DNA of 64,000 nucleotides. Source: an uncultured Candidatus Saccharibacteria bacterium. Its GTDB lineage: Bacteria; Patescibacteriota; UBA1384; XYA2-FULL-43-10; 1-14-0-10-43-13. Location of the stretch: the NCBI GenBank assembly GCA_964406145.1, contig CAYOQP010000004.1:1924-65923 (forward strand). Direction: 5' to 3'. The translations under genes and the position numbers were made by a program. The notes beneath the pieces are model-generated. The model had not been told where the DNA came from. It saw only the letters and a list, made by a program, of their open reading frames with translations, and ran no database searches. This document shows positions 34,174-44,380 of this stretch, one piece after another (within the stretch, counting starts at the first letter, position 1; each line of letters begins with the position of its first letter).

Positions 34174-35352
34174 ATGGCTGCTGAATCATTCAAAAGAAAC
34201 AAGCCTCACGTAAACATCGGTACTATTGGTCACGTTGACCACGGTAAAACAACCTTGACTGCTGCTATCACAACCGTTCTTGCTAAGAAGGGTCTAGCTC
34301 AGGCAAGAAAATTTGCTGATATCGACAACGCTCCAGAAGAAAAAGAGCGTGGCATTACTATCGCAACTTCACACCAAGAGTATGAGACCGAGAAGAGACA
34401 CTATGCTCACGTTGACTGTCCGGGACACGCTGACTATGTTAAAAACATGATCACCGGTGCTGCACAGATGGACGGTGCAATTTTGGTTGTTGCTGCTACT
34501 GACGGCCCTATGCCTCAGACCAGAGAGCACATCCTTCTTGCAAATCAGATCGGTGTTCCTGCTATCGTTGTTTATCTCAACAAGTGCGATATGGTTGATG
34601 ACGAAGAGTTGATCGACCTAGTCGAGATGGAAGTCAGAGAACTTCTAACAAAATACAAGTATGATGGCGATAACGCCAAGATTATTCGTGGTTCAGCTCT
34701 TAAAGCTCTTGAGGGTGATGCCAAATGGGAGAAATCAATCGATGAATTGATGGATGCCGTTGATGAAGCTATCCCAGAGCCAAAAAGAGAAATTGACAAG
34801 CCTTTCCTTATGCCTGTTGAAGATGTTTTCTCAATCAAGGGTCGTGGCACGGTTGCAACTGGTAGAATTGAGCAGGGTATTGTCAAAATCAATGACACTG
34901 TCGAGATCGTCGGTATCAGAAAAACCAGAAACACAGTTGTTACCGGTGTTGAGATGTTTAAGAAACAGCTCGATCAGGGACAAGCTGGCGACAATGTTGG
35001 TCTTCTTCTTCGTGGTATTGAGCGTGAAGATATCGAGCGCGGTCAAGTTTTGGCCAAGCCAGGTAGTATCACTCCTCATACCGATTTCGAAGCTGAAATG
35101 TATGCTTTGACAAAAGAAGAAGGCGGACGACACACCCCATTCTTCAAAGGCTACAAACCTCAGTTCTACATCAGAACAACTGACGTTACCGGCGACATCA
35201 CTTTTGATCAGGAAATGATCATGCCTGGTGACAATGCCACCGTTAAAGTAACTTTGATTCAACCAATCGCCATGGACGAAGGTTTGAAATTTGCCATTCG
35301 TGAAGGCGGTCGAACAGTCGGTGCGGGTGTTGTAACAAAGATCACTAAATAA
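34174..35352 (+). CDS. tuf: elongation factor Tu
   Basis: [36 protein letters not shown]. 392 aa. Confidence 0.97.
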   Translation: MAAESFKRNKPHVNIGTIGHVDHGKTTLTAAITTVLAKKGLAQARKFADIDNAPEEKERGITIATSHQEYETEKRHYAHVDCPGHADYVKNMITGAAQMDGAILVVAATDGPMPQTREHILLANQIGVPAIVVYLNKCDMVDDEELIDLVEMEVRELLTKYKYDGDNAKIIRGSALKALEGDAKWEKSIDELMDAVDEAIPEPKREIDKPFLMPVEDVFSIKGRGTVATGRIEQGIVKINDTVEIVGIRKTRNTVVTGVEMFKKQLDQGQAGDNVGLLLRGIEREDIERGQVLAKPGSITPHTDFEAEMYALTKEEGGRHTPFFKGYKPQFYIRTTDVTGDITFDQEMIMPGDNATVKVTLIQPIAMDEGLKFAIREGGRTVGAGVVTKITK

Positions 35353-35371
35353 TAATTATCAAAAGAATTCA

Positions 35372-35698
35372 ATGTCAGTAGATAAAACAGCAGTACGTCA
35401 AAAAATTAGAATTCGCCTCAAGGCCTACGATCATCGCATTATCGACAAATCGGCCCAGCAAATTATAGATACAGCTATCCGCTCAGGAGCTGTTGTCGCT
35501 GGACCAATTCCTCTTCCTACGGAGGTCAATAAAATCACGGTCTTGAAATCAACTCACGTTCATAAGGACGCCCGCGAACAGTTCGAGATGCGAACCCACA
35601 AACGTTTGATTGATATTCTAAATCCAAGTCCCAAGACGATTGACAACCTCATGAGTCTCGATTTGCCTCACGGCGTCGACATTGAAATCAAGATGTAG
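35372..35698 (+). CDS. rpsJ: 30S ribosomal protein S10
   Basis: [40 protein letters not shown]. Confidence 0.93.
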   Translation: MSVDKTAVRQKIRIRLKAYDHRIIDKSAQQIIDTAIRSGAVVAGPIPLPTEVNKITVLKSTHVHKDAREQFEMRTHKRLIDILNPSPKTIDNLMSLDLPHGVDIEIKM

Positions 35699-35899
35699 TT
35701 TAAAGTTTCAGGGCCCAATATTTCTTAACGGGCCTTGGACTTTTGACTAGAAGCGTTGACTTTCTAGCTCAAATAGGGTAAGTTTATAGAGTTACACGAG
35801 TGATAATGATACTCAAGTGACGAGTCATGGATATCACCCCATCATCCGATAGGGTAGATCTAGGACATTTATAAAGTTGTATCGGAATTATTTAGACAT

Positions 35900-36235
35900 A
35901 TGGGCCCTGCCCACTGTCTGGATAATTCCTAACACGTTAGCCGAGGGCGTGCTGGGTGAAACAACAAAGCCCTCGGCTCGGTGCGAGACGTAGCAAGCTG
36001 GCGAGTGCATCTCTGCCGCTGCTTTCCTCGCATCGACGGGGGCATGATATACATGAGCGGTTGTTTACCGCCGTGACCCGAGCCATCAAGGCTCCGTGCC
36101 CCCGAACAATTTTATGAGAGCTCTGCTCTCACTCACTGGCGAGTTCGCCAGGAGTTACCGCCGCGAGTGCGGCACATCCGGTCGGAGACGGAAAGGAAGG
36201 TTTGCCCCTTTCCGTCTCCACCACAATTATAAAAA
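35900..36235. other. GC-rich, non-coding, highly structured island (candidate structured RNA or foreign-DNA remnant) between rpsJ and rplC
   Basis: No ORF of 60 aa or more on either strand. GC is well above the flanks. Several perfect stems are visible: GCCGAGGGC/GCCCTCGGC (9 bp), CGGGGGCA/TGCCCCCG (long-range), GGAGACGGAAAGG/CCTTTCCGTCTCC (13 bp), CTGGCG/CGCCAG. Confidence 0.45.
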
Positions 36236-36241
36236 AGAACA

Positions 36242-36841
36242 ATGAAATTCATTTTAAGCCAAAAATTAGGTATGACACGCGTCTTTGATCAAGACGGCAA
36301 AATGATTCCTGTTACCAAGGTTGCTGTTTTGCCATGTGAAATTACTCAGGTCAAGACTACTGAAAAAGACGGTTATACTAGTGTCCAGGTCGCCGCGACT
36401 AAGGGCGAAGGCAAAAAAGTGAAGAATGTTATGGTTGCAGAGTTCCGTCTTGATGAGATCGATGGTTACAAAAAAGGAAGCAAGGTTCTCGCCTCCCAGT
36501 TTGTTGCCGGCGATGTCATCGAAGTGACTGGCACAAGCAAGGGCAAAGGTTTCGCTGGTGTGATCAAGAGACACGGTTTTCATCGTGGTCCTGAGTCGCA
36601 TGGTGGAAATAACGTTCGCGAGCCAGGTTCTATCGGTGCACAGCAACCACAACGTGTTGTTCTTGGTCGCAAAATGGCCGGACACATGGGCAACGCCACG
36701 GTAACAGTCAAAAACCTAAAGATTGTTGATGTCGACAAAGACATAATTTTGATCTCAGGAGCAATTCCTGGACCAAACAAAGGTCTTTTGAAGATTTCAA
36801 GCAAAAATAGTGTTAAAACAGAAGTAGCAAGCGAAGAATAG
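36242..36841 (+). CDS. rplC: 50S ribosomal protein L3
   Basis: [21 protein letters not shown]...QQPQRV. Confidence 0.95.
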   Translation: MKFILSQKLGMTRVFDQDGKMIPVTKVAVLPCEITQVKTTEKDGYTSVQVAATKGEGKKVKNVMVAEFRLDEIDGYKKGSKVLASQFVAGDVIEVTGTSKGKGFAGVIKRHGFHRGPESHGGNNVREPGSIGAQQPQRVVLGRKMAGHMGNATVTVKNLKIVDVDKDIILISGAIPGPNKGLLKISSKNSVKTEVASEE

Positions 36842-36842
36842 A

Positions 36843-37466
36843 ATGAAAATTGCAGTCTTAAATCAAAAGGGTGATAAAATCAAAGATTTGGAGCTTCCAA
36901 AGGGCTTTGATGTTGAAGTTTCACCGGCCGCTCTGACTCTTTATGTCAATTATCTCCGCGCTTCACTTCGTGAACCAATTGCTAATTCCAAAGACAGAAG
37001 TGAAGTTTCTGGCGGCGGCAAGAAGCCTTGGAAGCAAAAAGGGACTGGTCGTGCTAGACATGGCTCGAGCAGATCACCACTTTGGGTTGGTGGTGGTGTT
37101 ACATTTGGTCCAACAAACGAACAGAATTTCAAACAGCGTATCAATAAAAATTTGAAGAAAAAGGTAATTTTGGCTTCAATCGCTGATGCTTTCCGAGACA
37201 AAAGAGCAATTGTGGTTGAGAATCTTTCAATCGCTGATGCAAAGACCAAAAATGCTGTTGAGATCCTGTCCAATGTTAAGGCCGAAGGCAAAATTTCAGT
37301 TATCTTTAACGATAAAGATGAGAATACTAGTCAGTCATTTAGAAATATCGCCGGAGTTAATCTGATGATGCCTGATAAGCTCAATGTTATCAATATTATT
37401 TCTTCTAACAGCATTGTTGTTTCTGAAGATTCAATTAATAAAATCGCAGAATTGTTTGTAAAATAA
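36843..37466 (+). CDS. rplD: 50S ribosomal protein L4
   Basis: [34 protein letters not shown]. Confidence 0.95.
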   Translation: MKIAVLNQKGDKIKDLELPKGFDVEVSPAALTLYVNYLRASLREPIANSKDRSEVSGGGKKPWKQKGTGRARHGSSRSPLWVGGGVTFGPTNEQNFKQRINKNLKKKVILASIADAFRDKRAIVVENLSIADAKTKNAVEILSNVKAEGKISVIFNDKDENTSQSFRNIAGVNLMMPDKLNVINIISSNSIVVSEDSINKIAELFVK

Positions 37467-37467
37467 G

Positions 37468-37881
37468 ATGAAAAGCAATATTCTAAAAAAGGCATTGGTA
37501 TCAGAAAAAAGCTTCAAAGAGGCAGCTCTTGGTAAGTTTACTTTCGTTGTTGATAAAGATGCCACCAAAGAAGATGTTAGTAAAGCAATTAAGAACATTT
37601 TCGATGTCGATATTATTGCTATCAACTTGTTAAATGTCAAAGGCAAGGTCAAGAGAACAAAAAAAGGTTTAGGCAAACGTTCTGACTTCAAAAAGGCCAT
37701 TCTTACCCTGAAAAAGGGTCAAAAGATCGATCTTTTCGAGGTTGAAAAACCAGAAGACAAAAATACCAAAGCCGGCAAAGAGGACAAAAAAGTTCAGTCA
37801 AATCGCGAAGAAAAGACTAACAGAGACACCACCGTCAAGGTTCGTGAGAAGAAAAATAACACCAGAAAAGTTATAGGTTAA
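37468..37881 (+). CDS. rplW: 50S ribosomal protein L23 (K-rich C-terminal extension)
   Basis: Position in the operon and the L23 core KFTFVVDKDATKEDVSKAIKNIFDV. Confidence 0.85.
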   Translation: MKSNILKKALVSEKSFKEAALGKFTFVVDKDATKEDVSKAIKNIFDVDIIAINLLNVKGKVKRTKKGLGKRSDFKKAILTLKKGQKIDLFEVEKPEDKNTKAGKEDKKVQSNREEKTNRDTTVKVREKKNNTRKVIG

Positions 37882-37885
37882 TATC

Positions 37886-38716
37886 ATGCCAGTAATTAAA
37901 GTAAAACCAACAACCAACGCCCGTCGAAAGCTATCCTACCTTAAATTCGAGGGCAACAAAGTACAGCCAGAGAAATCTCTTACTTTTGGTGTTCGCAGAA
38001 CTTCAGGCCGAAATAGCGCTGGTCAGCTAGTTGTTAACCATAAGGGTGGTGGAGCAAAAAGAAAATACAGAATTATCGATTTTTCACTTTCAACTTATCT
38101 TGGTCAAAAAGCCAAAGTTGCAAGTGTTGAGTATGATCCAAATCGTACTGCTGATATTGCACTGTTGGTATTCGGCAATGGTGACAAAGCTTACATGATC
38201 GCTCCTCAGGGCATGAAAAAAGATCAGATCGTCACAATCGACGAAAAGGCTCCAATCCGTGTCGGCAATAGATTAATGATCAAGAATATTCCTGTTTCGA
38301 CTCAAATTTACAATATCGAAATGACACCAGGCAAAGGTGGACAGATCTGTCGTAGTGCTGGTTCTTTTGCAACACTCTTGGGTGTTGACGCTGGATTTGC
38401 TCAACTTCGACTTATGTCGGGGGAAGTACGCAAAGTTAAGGCCGAAAACCTAGCTTCAATTGGAATCGTTTCAAATATTGACCATTCCAAAGTAGTTATT
38501 GGCAAGGCTGGCCGAAAACGCCACATGGGTATTAAGCCAACAGTCCTTGGTAAGTCCAAGAACCCTGTTGACCACCCACATGGTGGTGGTGAAGGCCATA
38601 CCTCAATCGGTCTTAAGTATCCTAAGACTCCTTGGGGCACGCCTGCACTTGGACGAAGAACAAGAAATCCAAGAAACAGCAGTTCCAAATTAATTCTTTC
38701 AAGGAGAAAGAAATAA
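37886..38716 (+). CDS. rplB: 50S ribosomal protein L2
   Basis: [16 protein letters not shown]...[13 protein letters not shown]. Confidence 0.95.
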   Translation: MPVIKVKPTTNARRKLSYLKFEGNKVQPEKSLTFGVRRTSGRNSAGQLVVNHKGGGAKRKYRIIDFSLSTYLGQKAKVASVEYDPNRTADIALLVFGNGDKAYMIAPQGMKKDQIVTIDEKAPIRVGNRLMIKNIPVSTQIYNIEMTPGKGGQICRSAGSFATLLGVDAGFAQLRLMSGEVRKVKAENLASIGIVSNIDHSKVVIGKAGRKRHMGIKPTVLGKSKNPVDHPHGGGEGHTSIGLKYPKTPWGTPALGRRTRNPRNSSSKLILSRRKK

Positions 38717-38717
38717 G

Positions 38718-39008
38718 ATGCCACGTTCACTGAAAAAAGGTCCCTTTATAGATGAAAAGCTTTTGATGAAAGTTCAAAAGGCTATCAAGTCTGGTGACAA
38801 AAAGCCAATTAGAACTTGGGCCAGAGCTTGCACGATTATTCCCGAAATGGTTGGTTTTACTTTTGCTGTTCATAATGGCAAAGAACACGTGCCAGTTTTC
38901 ATCGTCGAAGAGATGGTTGGACACAAGCTCGGTGAATTTTCTCCAACACGAAAATTCCGCAGACATGGTGGCAAGATGGCCAAAGAACAAGAAAAAGGTG
39001 CTAAATAA
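38718..39008 (+). CDS. rpsS: 30S ribosomal protein S19
   Basis: [19 protein letters not shown]...[17 protein letters not shown]. Confidence 0.95.
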   Translation: MPRSLKKGPFIDEKLLMKVQKAIKSGDKKPIRTWARACTIIPEMVGFTFAVHNGKEHVPVFIVEEMVGHKLGEFSPTRKFRRHGGKMAKEQEKGAK

Positions 39009-39036
39009 ATTTAAACTTCAGTAAGATTCAAAAAAT

Positions 39037-39438
39037 ATGGAAATCAAGGTACACAATTTATACGTCAGAACTTCACCTCGCAAAATGAGGCCGGTTTTGC
39101 ATGGCTTGAGAGGTCAAACAGCTCAAGAAGCCAAAACCAACCTTCAATTTGTGAATAAAAAAGGTGCCGATTTCCTTTATAATCTTGTCAAATCAGGCAT
39201 TGCCGCAGCTAAAGAAAATTATCTTGAAGCTGATCAGGTCTTGATTAAGGAAATTTTCTGCAATGAAGGTCCGAGACTCAAGAGAATCATCCCTTGGTCA
39301 AAAGGACAGGCCAGAAGAATCGTTAAGAAAATGTCACATTTAACCTTGGTTTTAGAGTCCAAAGAGGATGTCAAGCCAGCCAAAAATGTTAAAGAAGTTA
39401 AAAAAGAAGAAAATAAAGAAAACAAGGAAGTATCCTAA
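39037..39438 (+). CDS. rplV: 50S ribosomal protein L22 (K/E-rich C-terminal tail)
   Basis: Position in the operon and the L22 core VRTSPRKMRPVLHGLRGQTAQEA. Confidence 0.9.
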   Translation: MEIKVHNLYVRTSPRKMRPVLHGLRGQTAQEAKTNLQFVNKKGADFLYNLVKSGIAAAKENYLEADQVLIKEIFCNEGPRLKRIIPWSKGQARRIVKKMSHLTLVLESKEDVKPAKNVKEVKKEENKENKEVS

Positions 39439-40085
39439 TGGGACAAAAAGTTAATCCAAAATCAATCCGATTGAAGATCAACGAAATTTGGCAATCCAAG
39501 TGGTTTGGACGTCTTAATTATCGTGATAACTTGATTTCCGATATTGAAATTAGAAAACTTCTTAATGTTAAGCTTAAAGATGCCGCAATTTCCAAGATTG
39601 CCATCAATCGTGATTCCAATAAAGTTTCCATTGATATCCATTCCGGTCGTCCAGGTGTTGTCATCGGCCGCGGTGGTGCTGGAACTGACGAGATCAAGAA
39701 ACTTCTCGCTCAGACAATCAAAGAGAAAATACAAATCAATATTATTGAAGTTAAAAAGCCCGATGGTGATGCCGCAATTATTGCACAAGGTATCGCCAAT
39801 CAAATTGAGAAAAGAATTCCTTTCCGCCGAGCCATGAAACAGGCAATCGAAAAAGCTAAGACAGCTGGAGCAAAAGGTATTAAAGTTCAGGTTTCTGGAC
39901 GACTAAATGGCGCTGATATTGCCCGTTCCGAGAAATTAGCTTATGGTACAGTACCACTTTCAACATTCAAAAGCGTAGTCGATTACAAATATCTTACCGC
40001 CCTGACAACTTATGGAATTATCGGAATCAAGGTCTGGGTTTATAAGGGCGAGAGACTACTATCTGAAGAAGAGTTAACAAAATAA
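39438..40085 (+). CDS. rpsC: 30S ribosomal protein S3
   Basis: MGQKVNPKSIRL...KH domain...GIKVWVYKGE. Confidence 0.95.
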   Translation: MGQKVNPKSIRLKINEIWQSKWFGRLNYRDNLISDIEIRKLLNVKLKDAAISKIAINRDSNKVSIDIHSGRPGVVIGRGGAGTDEIKKLLAQTIKEKIQINIIEVKKPDGDAAIIAQGIANQIEKRIPFRRAMKQAIEKAKTAGAKGIKVQVSGRLNGADIARSEKLAYGTVPLSTFKSVVDYKYLTALTTYGIIGIKVWVYKGERLLSEEELTK

Positions 40086-40104
40086 TTGTATTTAAAGGTT
40101 TTAT

Positions 40105-40518
40105 ATGTTGATGCCAAAGAAAATGAAATATCGAAAGCAGCAGCGCGGAAAGAGGCGCGGAGAAGCCACTCGTGGCAATGATTTTGCTTTTGGAAAATTT
40201 GGTATCAAGGCTTTGGAAGCTGGTTGGATTTCAGCTCGCTCCATTGAATCAGCTAGACGTGCCATGACCAGATACATTAAAAAGGGTGGTCAGATTTGGA
40301 TCAGAATTTTTCCTGACAAGCCAGTCACGTCAACTTCTCCGGAAGTACCGATGGGATCAGGTAAGGGTGCAGTTGACCATTTCGTCGCTGTTATCAAGCC
40401 GGGCCGAATTCTCTTTGAGATGGATGGCGTTGATTTCGCCACTGCTAAAGAGGCAATGAGATTAGCCGAATACAAGATTCCTATGAAGACCAAATTTGTC
40501 AGCAAGGAAGAGGCATAA
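40105..40518 (+). CDS. rplP: 50S ribosomal protein L16
   Basis: [25 protein letters not shown]. Confidence 0.95.
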   Translation: MLMPKKMKYRKQQRGKRRGEATRGNDFAFGKFGIKALEAGWISARSIESARRAMTRYIKKGGQIWIRIFPDKPVTSTSPEVPMGSGKGAVDHFVAVIKPGRILFEMDGVDFATAKEAMRLAEYKIPMKTKFVSKEEA

Positions 40519-40519
40519 G

Positions 40520-40723
40520 ATGAAAAAAGTAGAAGAAATCAAAAAATATCAAGAAATGAGCTTGGAAAATTTAAAATCAACTCTTAAGGATCTTAAAAAA
40601 GAGTTGGTCAGTAATTCTCTTAAAGTTCAGGCCGAAAAGCTGACAAATTACTCAGTTATTTCAAAAACAAAGAAAAGCATTGCAAGAATTAACACACTTA
40701 TTAGCGCTAAAAGCGCGGAGTAA
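40520..40723 (+). CDS. rpmC: 50S ribosomal protein L29
   Basis: ATG at 40520 directly after the rplP stop, with an AAGGAAGAGG RBS. The ORF-track start at 40496 overlaps rplP. Confidence 0.8.
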   Translation: MKKVEEIKKYQEMSLENLKSTLKDLKKELVSNSLKVQAEKLTNYSVISKTKKSIARINTLISAKSAE

Positions 40724-40725
40724 AA

Positions 40726-40968
40726 ATGGAATCCAAAGGTAAAGTAAAAATTGGTACAGTTATTTCAGATAAAATGGACAAGACCGTTGTCGTTCGAATC
40801 GACCGTGTTAAAGCCCATCCAATTTATAAAAAGAAATTTGTCGTTTCCAATAATCTTAAAGCTCATGATGAAAAAAATGAGTACAAAACTAACGACTTAG
40901 TCGAAATTCAAGAAACAAAACCAATATCGAAAGATAAGAAGTTTGTTGTCACGAGAAAGGTTAAATAA
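40726..40968 (+). CDS. rpsQ: 30S ribosomal protein S17
   Basis: [32 protein letters not shown]. Confidence 0.93.
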   Translation: MESKGKVKIGTVISDKMDKTVVVRIDRVKAHPIYKKKFVVSNNLKAHDEKNEYKTNDLVEIQETKPISKDKKFVVTRKVK

Positions 40969-41333
40969 TGATTCAGCCTGGAACAAGATTACATGTTGCC
41001 GATAACACTGGTGCCAAAGAAATTGAGTGCATCACTGTTTTGGGTCGTGCCAGCCGATGTGGCGCCGAAATTGGCGATATTATTTCTGCTTCAGTCAAAG
41101 ATGCCATTCCTCGTGCAACAGTCAAGAAGAAGGAAGTGGTCAAAGCAGTTATCGTCAGACAGGCCAAGCCAATTTCAAGAGAAGATGGTTCATACATCCG
41201 ATTTAGCGAAAATGCTGCTGTCATTATTGACGCCAACAAAGAACCGAGAGGAACAAGAATTTTTGGCCCGATTCCTCGCGAGCTCCGAAATGGCTATATG
41301 AAGATAATTTCCCTAGCTCCTGAGGTTTTATAG
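40968..41333 (+). CDS. rplN: 50S ribosomal protein L14
   Basis: [22 protein letters not shown]. Confidence 0.95.
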   Translation: MIQPGTRLHVADNTGAKEIECITVLGRASRCGAEIGDIISASVKDAIPRATVKKKEVVKAVIVRQAKPISREDGSYIRFSENAAVIIDANKEPRGTRIFGPIPRELRNGYMKIISLAPEVL

Positions 41334-41353
41334 TAAGTAATTTAGAATAAATC

Positions 41354-41674
41354 ATGAAAATAAAGAAAAATGACAATGTAATGGTAATAACAGGCAAAGA
41401 TAAAGGCAAAACAGGAATTGTTGAGCGCGTTTTTCCTGAAATCAACAAAATTGTTGTAAAAGGCGTTGCCATTTTCAAAAAACATGTCAAACCTTCAAAG
41501 AAAAACCCACAAGGTGGAATTATCGATATAAATCAGAAAGTAAGTGCTTCTAACGTAATGTTGCTTTGTCCTTCATGTGGCAAGCCTTCTAAGGTTAGCT
41601 ATCAAGTTACCGAAAAAGGCAAAAACAGAATTTGCAAGAAATGCAGCCAAAGCTTAGAAGGTGGAATCAAATAA
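41354..41674 (+). CDS. rplX: 50S ribosomal protein L24 with C-terminal C4 zinc-ribbon
   Basis: KOW motif MKIKKNDNVMVITGKDKGKTGIV. The C-terminus carries CPSCG...CKKC. Confidence 0.9.
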   Translation: MKIKKNDNVMVITGKDKGKTGIVERVFPEINKIVVKGVAIFKKHVKPSKKNPQGGIIDINQKVSASNVMLLCPSCGKPSKVSYQVTEKGKNRICKKCSQSLEGGIK

Positions 41675-42222
41675 TGGAAAAGTTATCCGTAATCTACAAA
41701 AAAGAAATCGCTGGTGCTTTGAAAAAAGAGCTTAATTACTCCAACAATTTTGAAGTGCCGATAATTCAAAAAGTAGTTGTTTCTACTGGTATCGGCGACT
41801 TCAAAGAGGATAAGAAGGCAATTGAAAAGATCAGTGAGGAATTTTCCAGAATTACTGGTCAAAAGGCCAAGATTAACTTATCGCGAAAAGCAGTTTCCGC
41901 CTTCAAACTCAGAATTGGTCAGCCTGTTGGCCTTACGGTCACACTTAGAGGTGAGCGGATGTACGACTTCATCAATAGACTAGTAAATGTTGCTTTGCCA
42001 AGAGTAAGAGACTTTAGAGGTCTATCTTTAACAAGTTTTGACCAACAGGGTAATTATTCTATCGGCTTAAAGGATTACACTATATTTCCAGAGGTTAAAT
42101 ACGAAGAAGTCACATCATCATTTGGCCTCGAAATTAATATCAAAATTAGAGCCAAAGCCAAAGAGGACGCCAAATTACTACTTTCAAAACTCGGGTTCCC
42201 CTTTAAGAAAGGAAACAAATAA
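41674..42222 (+). CDS. rplE: 50S ribosomal protein L5
   Basis: ATG at 41674 overlaps the rplX TAA (TAATG). L5 core [14 protein letters not shown]. Confidence 0.93.
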   Translation: MEKLSVIYKKEIAGALKKELNYSNNFEVPIIQKVVVSTGIGDFKEDKKAIEKISEEFSRITGQKAKINLSRKAVSAFKLRIGQPVGLTVTLRGERMYDFINRLVNVALPRVRDFRGLSLTSFDQQGNYSIGLKDYTIFPEVKYEEVTSSFGLEINIKIRAKAKEDAKLLLSKLGFPFKKGNK

Positions 42223-42407
42223 TGGCCAAAAAATCACTTATATTAAAGGCGAATAAAACGCCAAAATATATGACCAGAACAATTCGAAGATGCAAAAACT
42301 GTGGTCGAAAACATGCATATATTCGAAAATTCGGCTTATGCCGTATCTGTTTCCGCGAGTTTGCTTCTCGAGGTGAAATACCTGGAGTTTCAAAGTCTAG
42401 CTGGTAA
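42222..42407 (+). CDS. rpsZ: 30S ribosomal protein S14 type Z (zinc-binding)
   Basis: 61 aa with [20 protein letters not shown]. Confidence 0.93.
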   Translation: MAKKSLILKANKTPKYMTRTIRRCKNCGRKHAYIRKFGLCRICFREFASRGEIPGVSKSSW

Positions 42408-42429
42408 TTTTTAAGGATTTAAGGATAAA

Positions 42430-42807
42430 ATGGATCAAATCGCAGATTTATTGACAAGAATTAAGAACGCTTCCGCTATCAGGAAGAGTGAAATCACAGT
42501 TTCTTTTTCCAAGATGAAAGAAGCCATTTTGACTATTCTTAAAAATGAAGGCTTTTTGTCTGATTTTTCGGTTGTAACAGAAGAAAACATTAAGACAATT
42601 AAGGTCACAATTTCACGTAAAAAACTCCCTACCCATATTCGTCAAATTAGTCGACCGGGTAGAAGAGTTTATATAAAGAACAAAGAGGTCCCAAAGCCGC
42701 TCAGAGGCCTTGGCACCGTCATCGTTTCGACTTCAACTGGCGTAATTACCGGCAAAGAGGCCAGAACTAAAGGTTTGGGTGGAGAATTAATTTGTGAAAT
42801 TTGGTAG
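42430..42807 (+). CDS. rpsH: 30S ribosomal protein S8
   Basis: MDQIADLLTRIKNA. Confidence 0.93.
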   Translation: MDQIADLLTRIKNASAIRKSEITVSFSKMKEAILTILKNEGFLSDFSVVTEENIKTIKVTISRKKLPTHIRQISRPGRRVYIKNKEVPKPLRGLGTVIVSTSTGVITGKEARTKGLGGELICEIW

Positions 42808-42812
42808 GAATT

Positions 42813-43352
42813 ATGAGCAAGATTGGTAAAAGACCCGTTACAATTTTAGAAGGCGTCGCTGTTGAAATAAAAGATGGTAAAATATCTGCCTCTTCTGGCG
42901 ATAACAATCTTGAACTTGCCATACCTAAGGAAGTTAAAGTTGTTGTTAAAGAAAACCAGGTTTTGGTCACTAGAGTTGATGATTCAAAGCCAGCCAGAGA
43001 AAAACATGGCCTTATTGCTAGACTTATCAATAATCTGATTATTGGTGTCAAGGAAGGTTTTAAAAAAGAGCTTACTTTTACTGGTACCGGTTACAGAGCT
43101 TCTGTCGACGGCAATAACCTGCTTCTGAACATGGGATATTCTCACGAAATAAAGCTCGTCATACCAGAAGGCCTTGAAACTAAAGTTGTTAAAAATGCTA
43201 TTATAGTTTCCGGAATTGATAAAGAAAAGGTTGGCCAGTTTGCCGCTGTTGTCAGAGAGGTTAGAAAACCTGAAGTTTATAAGGGCAAAGGCATTAAATA
43301 TAAAGAAGAACACATTAGACGAAAAGCTGGCAAGACCGCAGCTTCAAAATAA
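42813..43352 (+). CDS. rplF: 50S ribosomal protein L6
   Basis: MSKIGKRPV start at the ATG at 42813. The ORF-track TTG at 42801 overlaps the rpsH stop. Confidence 0.9.
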   Translation: MSKIGKRPVTILEGVAVEIKDGKISASSGDNNLELAIPKEVKVVVKENQVLVTRVDDSKPAREKHGLIARLINNLIIGVKEGFKKELTFTGTGYRASVDGNNLLLNMGYSHEIKLVIPEGLETKVVKNAIIVSGIDKEKVGQFAAVVREVRKPEVYKGKGIKYKEEHIRRKAGKTAASK

Positions 43353-43361
43353 GGATTTTGC

Positions 43362-43661
43362 ATGACCAAAAACATATTAGGCACAATTGAACGTCCAAGA
43401 ATCTCGATTTTCAGATCCAACCGTTTTGTCTATGGCCAAGTAATCAACGACGAAAAGGGGATTACGATAACTGCTTTTTCTACTAAAAAGATTGAGAAGG
43501 GCACTCCTGTTGAGAAGGCCAAGGAGGCCGGAAAAGCTCTTGGCGAAATTCTTAAATCAAAGAAAATTACAGCAATAGTATTCGACCGCAATGGTTTGAG
43601 ATATCATGGTCAGGTCGCTGCTTTCGCAGATGGTGTTAGAGAAGTTGGTATCAAATTTTAA
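43362..43661 (+). CDS. rplR: 50S ribosomal protein L18 (short form)
   Basis: Position in the operon and the L18 core RPRISIFRSNRFVYGQVIND. Confidence 0.85.
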   Translation: MTKNILGTIERPRISIFRSNRFVYGQVINDEKGITITAFSTKKIEKGTPVEKAKEAGKALGEILKSKKITAIVFDRNGLRYHGQVAAFADGVREVGIKF

Positions 43662-43675
43662 TTCTAGGAAATAAG

Positions 43676-44371
43676 ATGGTAGAAATCGAAGCAACAATCA
43701 TTTCCGATGACAAGCCGGAGAAAATAGTCAAGAATATCATGAAGCCTCGTTCATTCGAACAGAGACGTGAGCCTTCTGAATTTGAAGAGCGTGTTATTGA
43801 AGTTCGCAGGGTCGCTAGAACTGTAAAGGGTGGCCGCAGAATCAGATTTCGAGCTCTCGTAGTTATTGGCAACAGAAAAGGTAAAGTCGGTATGGGTATT
43901 GCCAAAGCCAATGATGTTTCAGAAGCTGTAAAGAAGGCCACTGCTCAAGCAAAGAAAAATACTGTTATTGTTCCTATTATTGATGGCACCATCCCTTACG
44001 AGGTTATCTCAAAGCATGGTGCAGCTGTCGTTATGCTTAAGCCTGCCGCAACTGGTACCTCAATCGTTGCTGGCGGAAGCGTTAGAGCCATAGCCGAGCT
44101 AGCCGGCATTACAGATCTTCTCTCGAAGATGCTTGGAAGTGCTAGCAAGGTTAATAATATCGTTGCAACAATGAAAGCTTTTGCCGCTTTTAACGAAGGT
44201 TATACTGACAGAATCAAAAAATATTCTGAGTACAAAAACAAACCTGTTTCTTCAGCCGAAATTAAGATGGAGAAAAAGATTGAAGTTGCGGAAAAAAATG
44301 AAGAATCGGCTGTGAAAAAACCTGCCAAATCAGTTGCTAAGAAAACTGCCAAGAAAAGCATTAAAAAATAA
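43676..44371 (+). CDS. rpsE: 30S ribosomal protein S5 (K-rich C-terminal extension)
   Basis: VRRVARTVKGGRRIRFRALVVIGNRKGKVGMGIAKA. Confidence 0.93.
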   Translation: MVEIEATIISDDKPEKIVKNIMKPRSFEQRREPSEFEERVIEVRRVARTVKGGRRIRFRALVVIGNRKGKVGMGIAKANDVSEAVKKATAQAKKNTVIVPIIDGTIPYEVISKHGAAVVMLKPAATGTSIVAGGSVRAIAELAGITDLLSKMLGSASKVNNIVATMKAFAAFNEGYTDRIKKYSEYKNKPVSSAEIKMEKKIEVAEKNEESAVKKPAKSVAKKTAKKSIKK

Positions 44372-44380
44372 GTAAAAAAT

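Noticed and set aside
35900-36235. Attempt to name the GC-rich island as RNase P RNA, tmRNA or SRP RNA
   Set aside because: By eye I could not find the RNase P P4 strands (AGGAAAGUCCGGGCUCC / ACAGAAnCCGGCUUA), the tmRNA tRNA-like ends (GGGG…UGAUUC…, GGUUCGAnUCC-CCA), or a clean SRP helix-8 GGAA/AGCAGC symmetric loop. Only loose partial matches appear, so I left it as an unassigned structured element.
36266-36685. 139-aa minus-strand ORF
   Set aside because: It is antisense to rplC and is a spurious frame.
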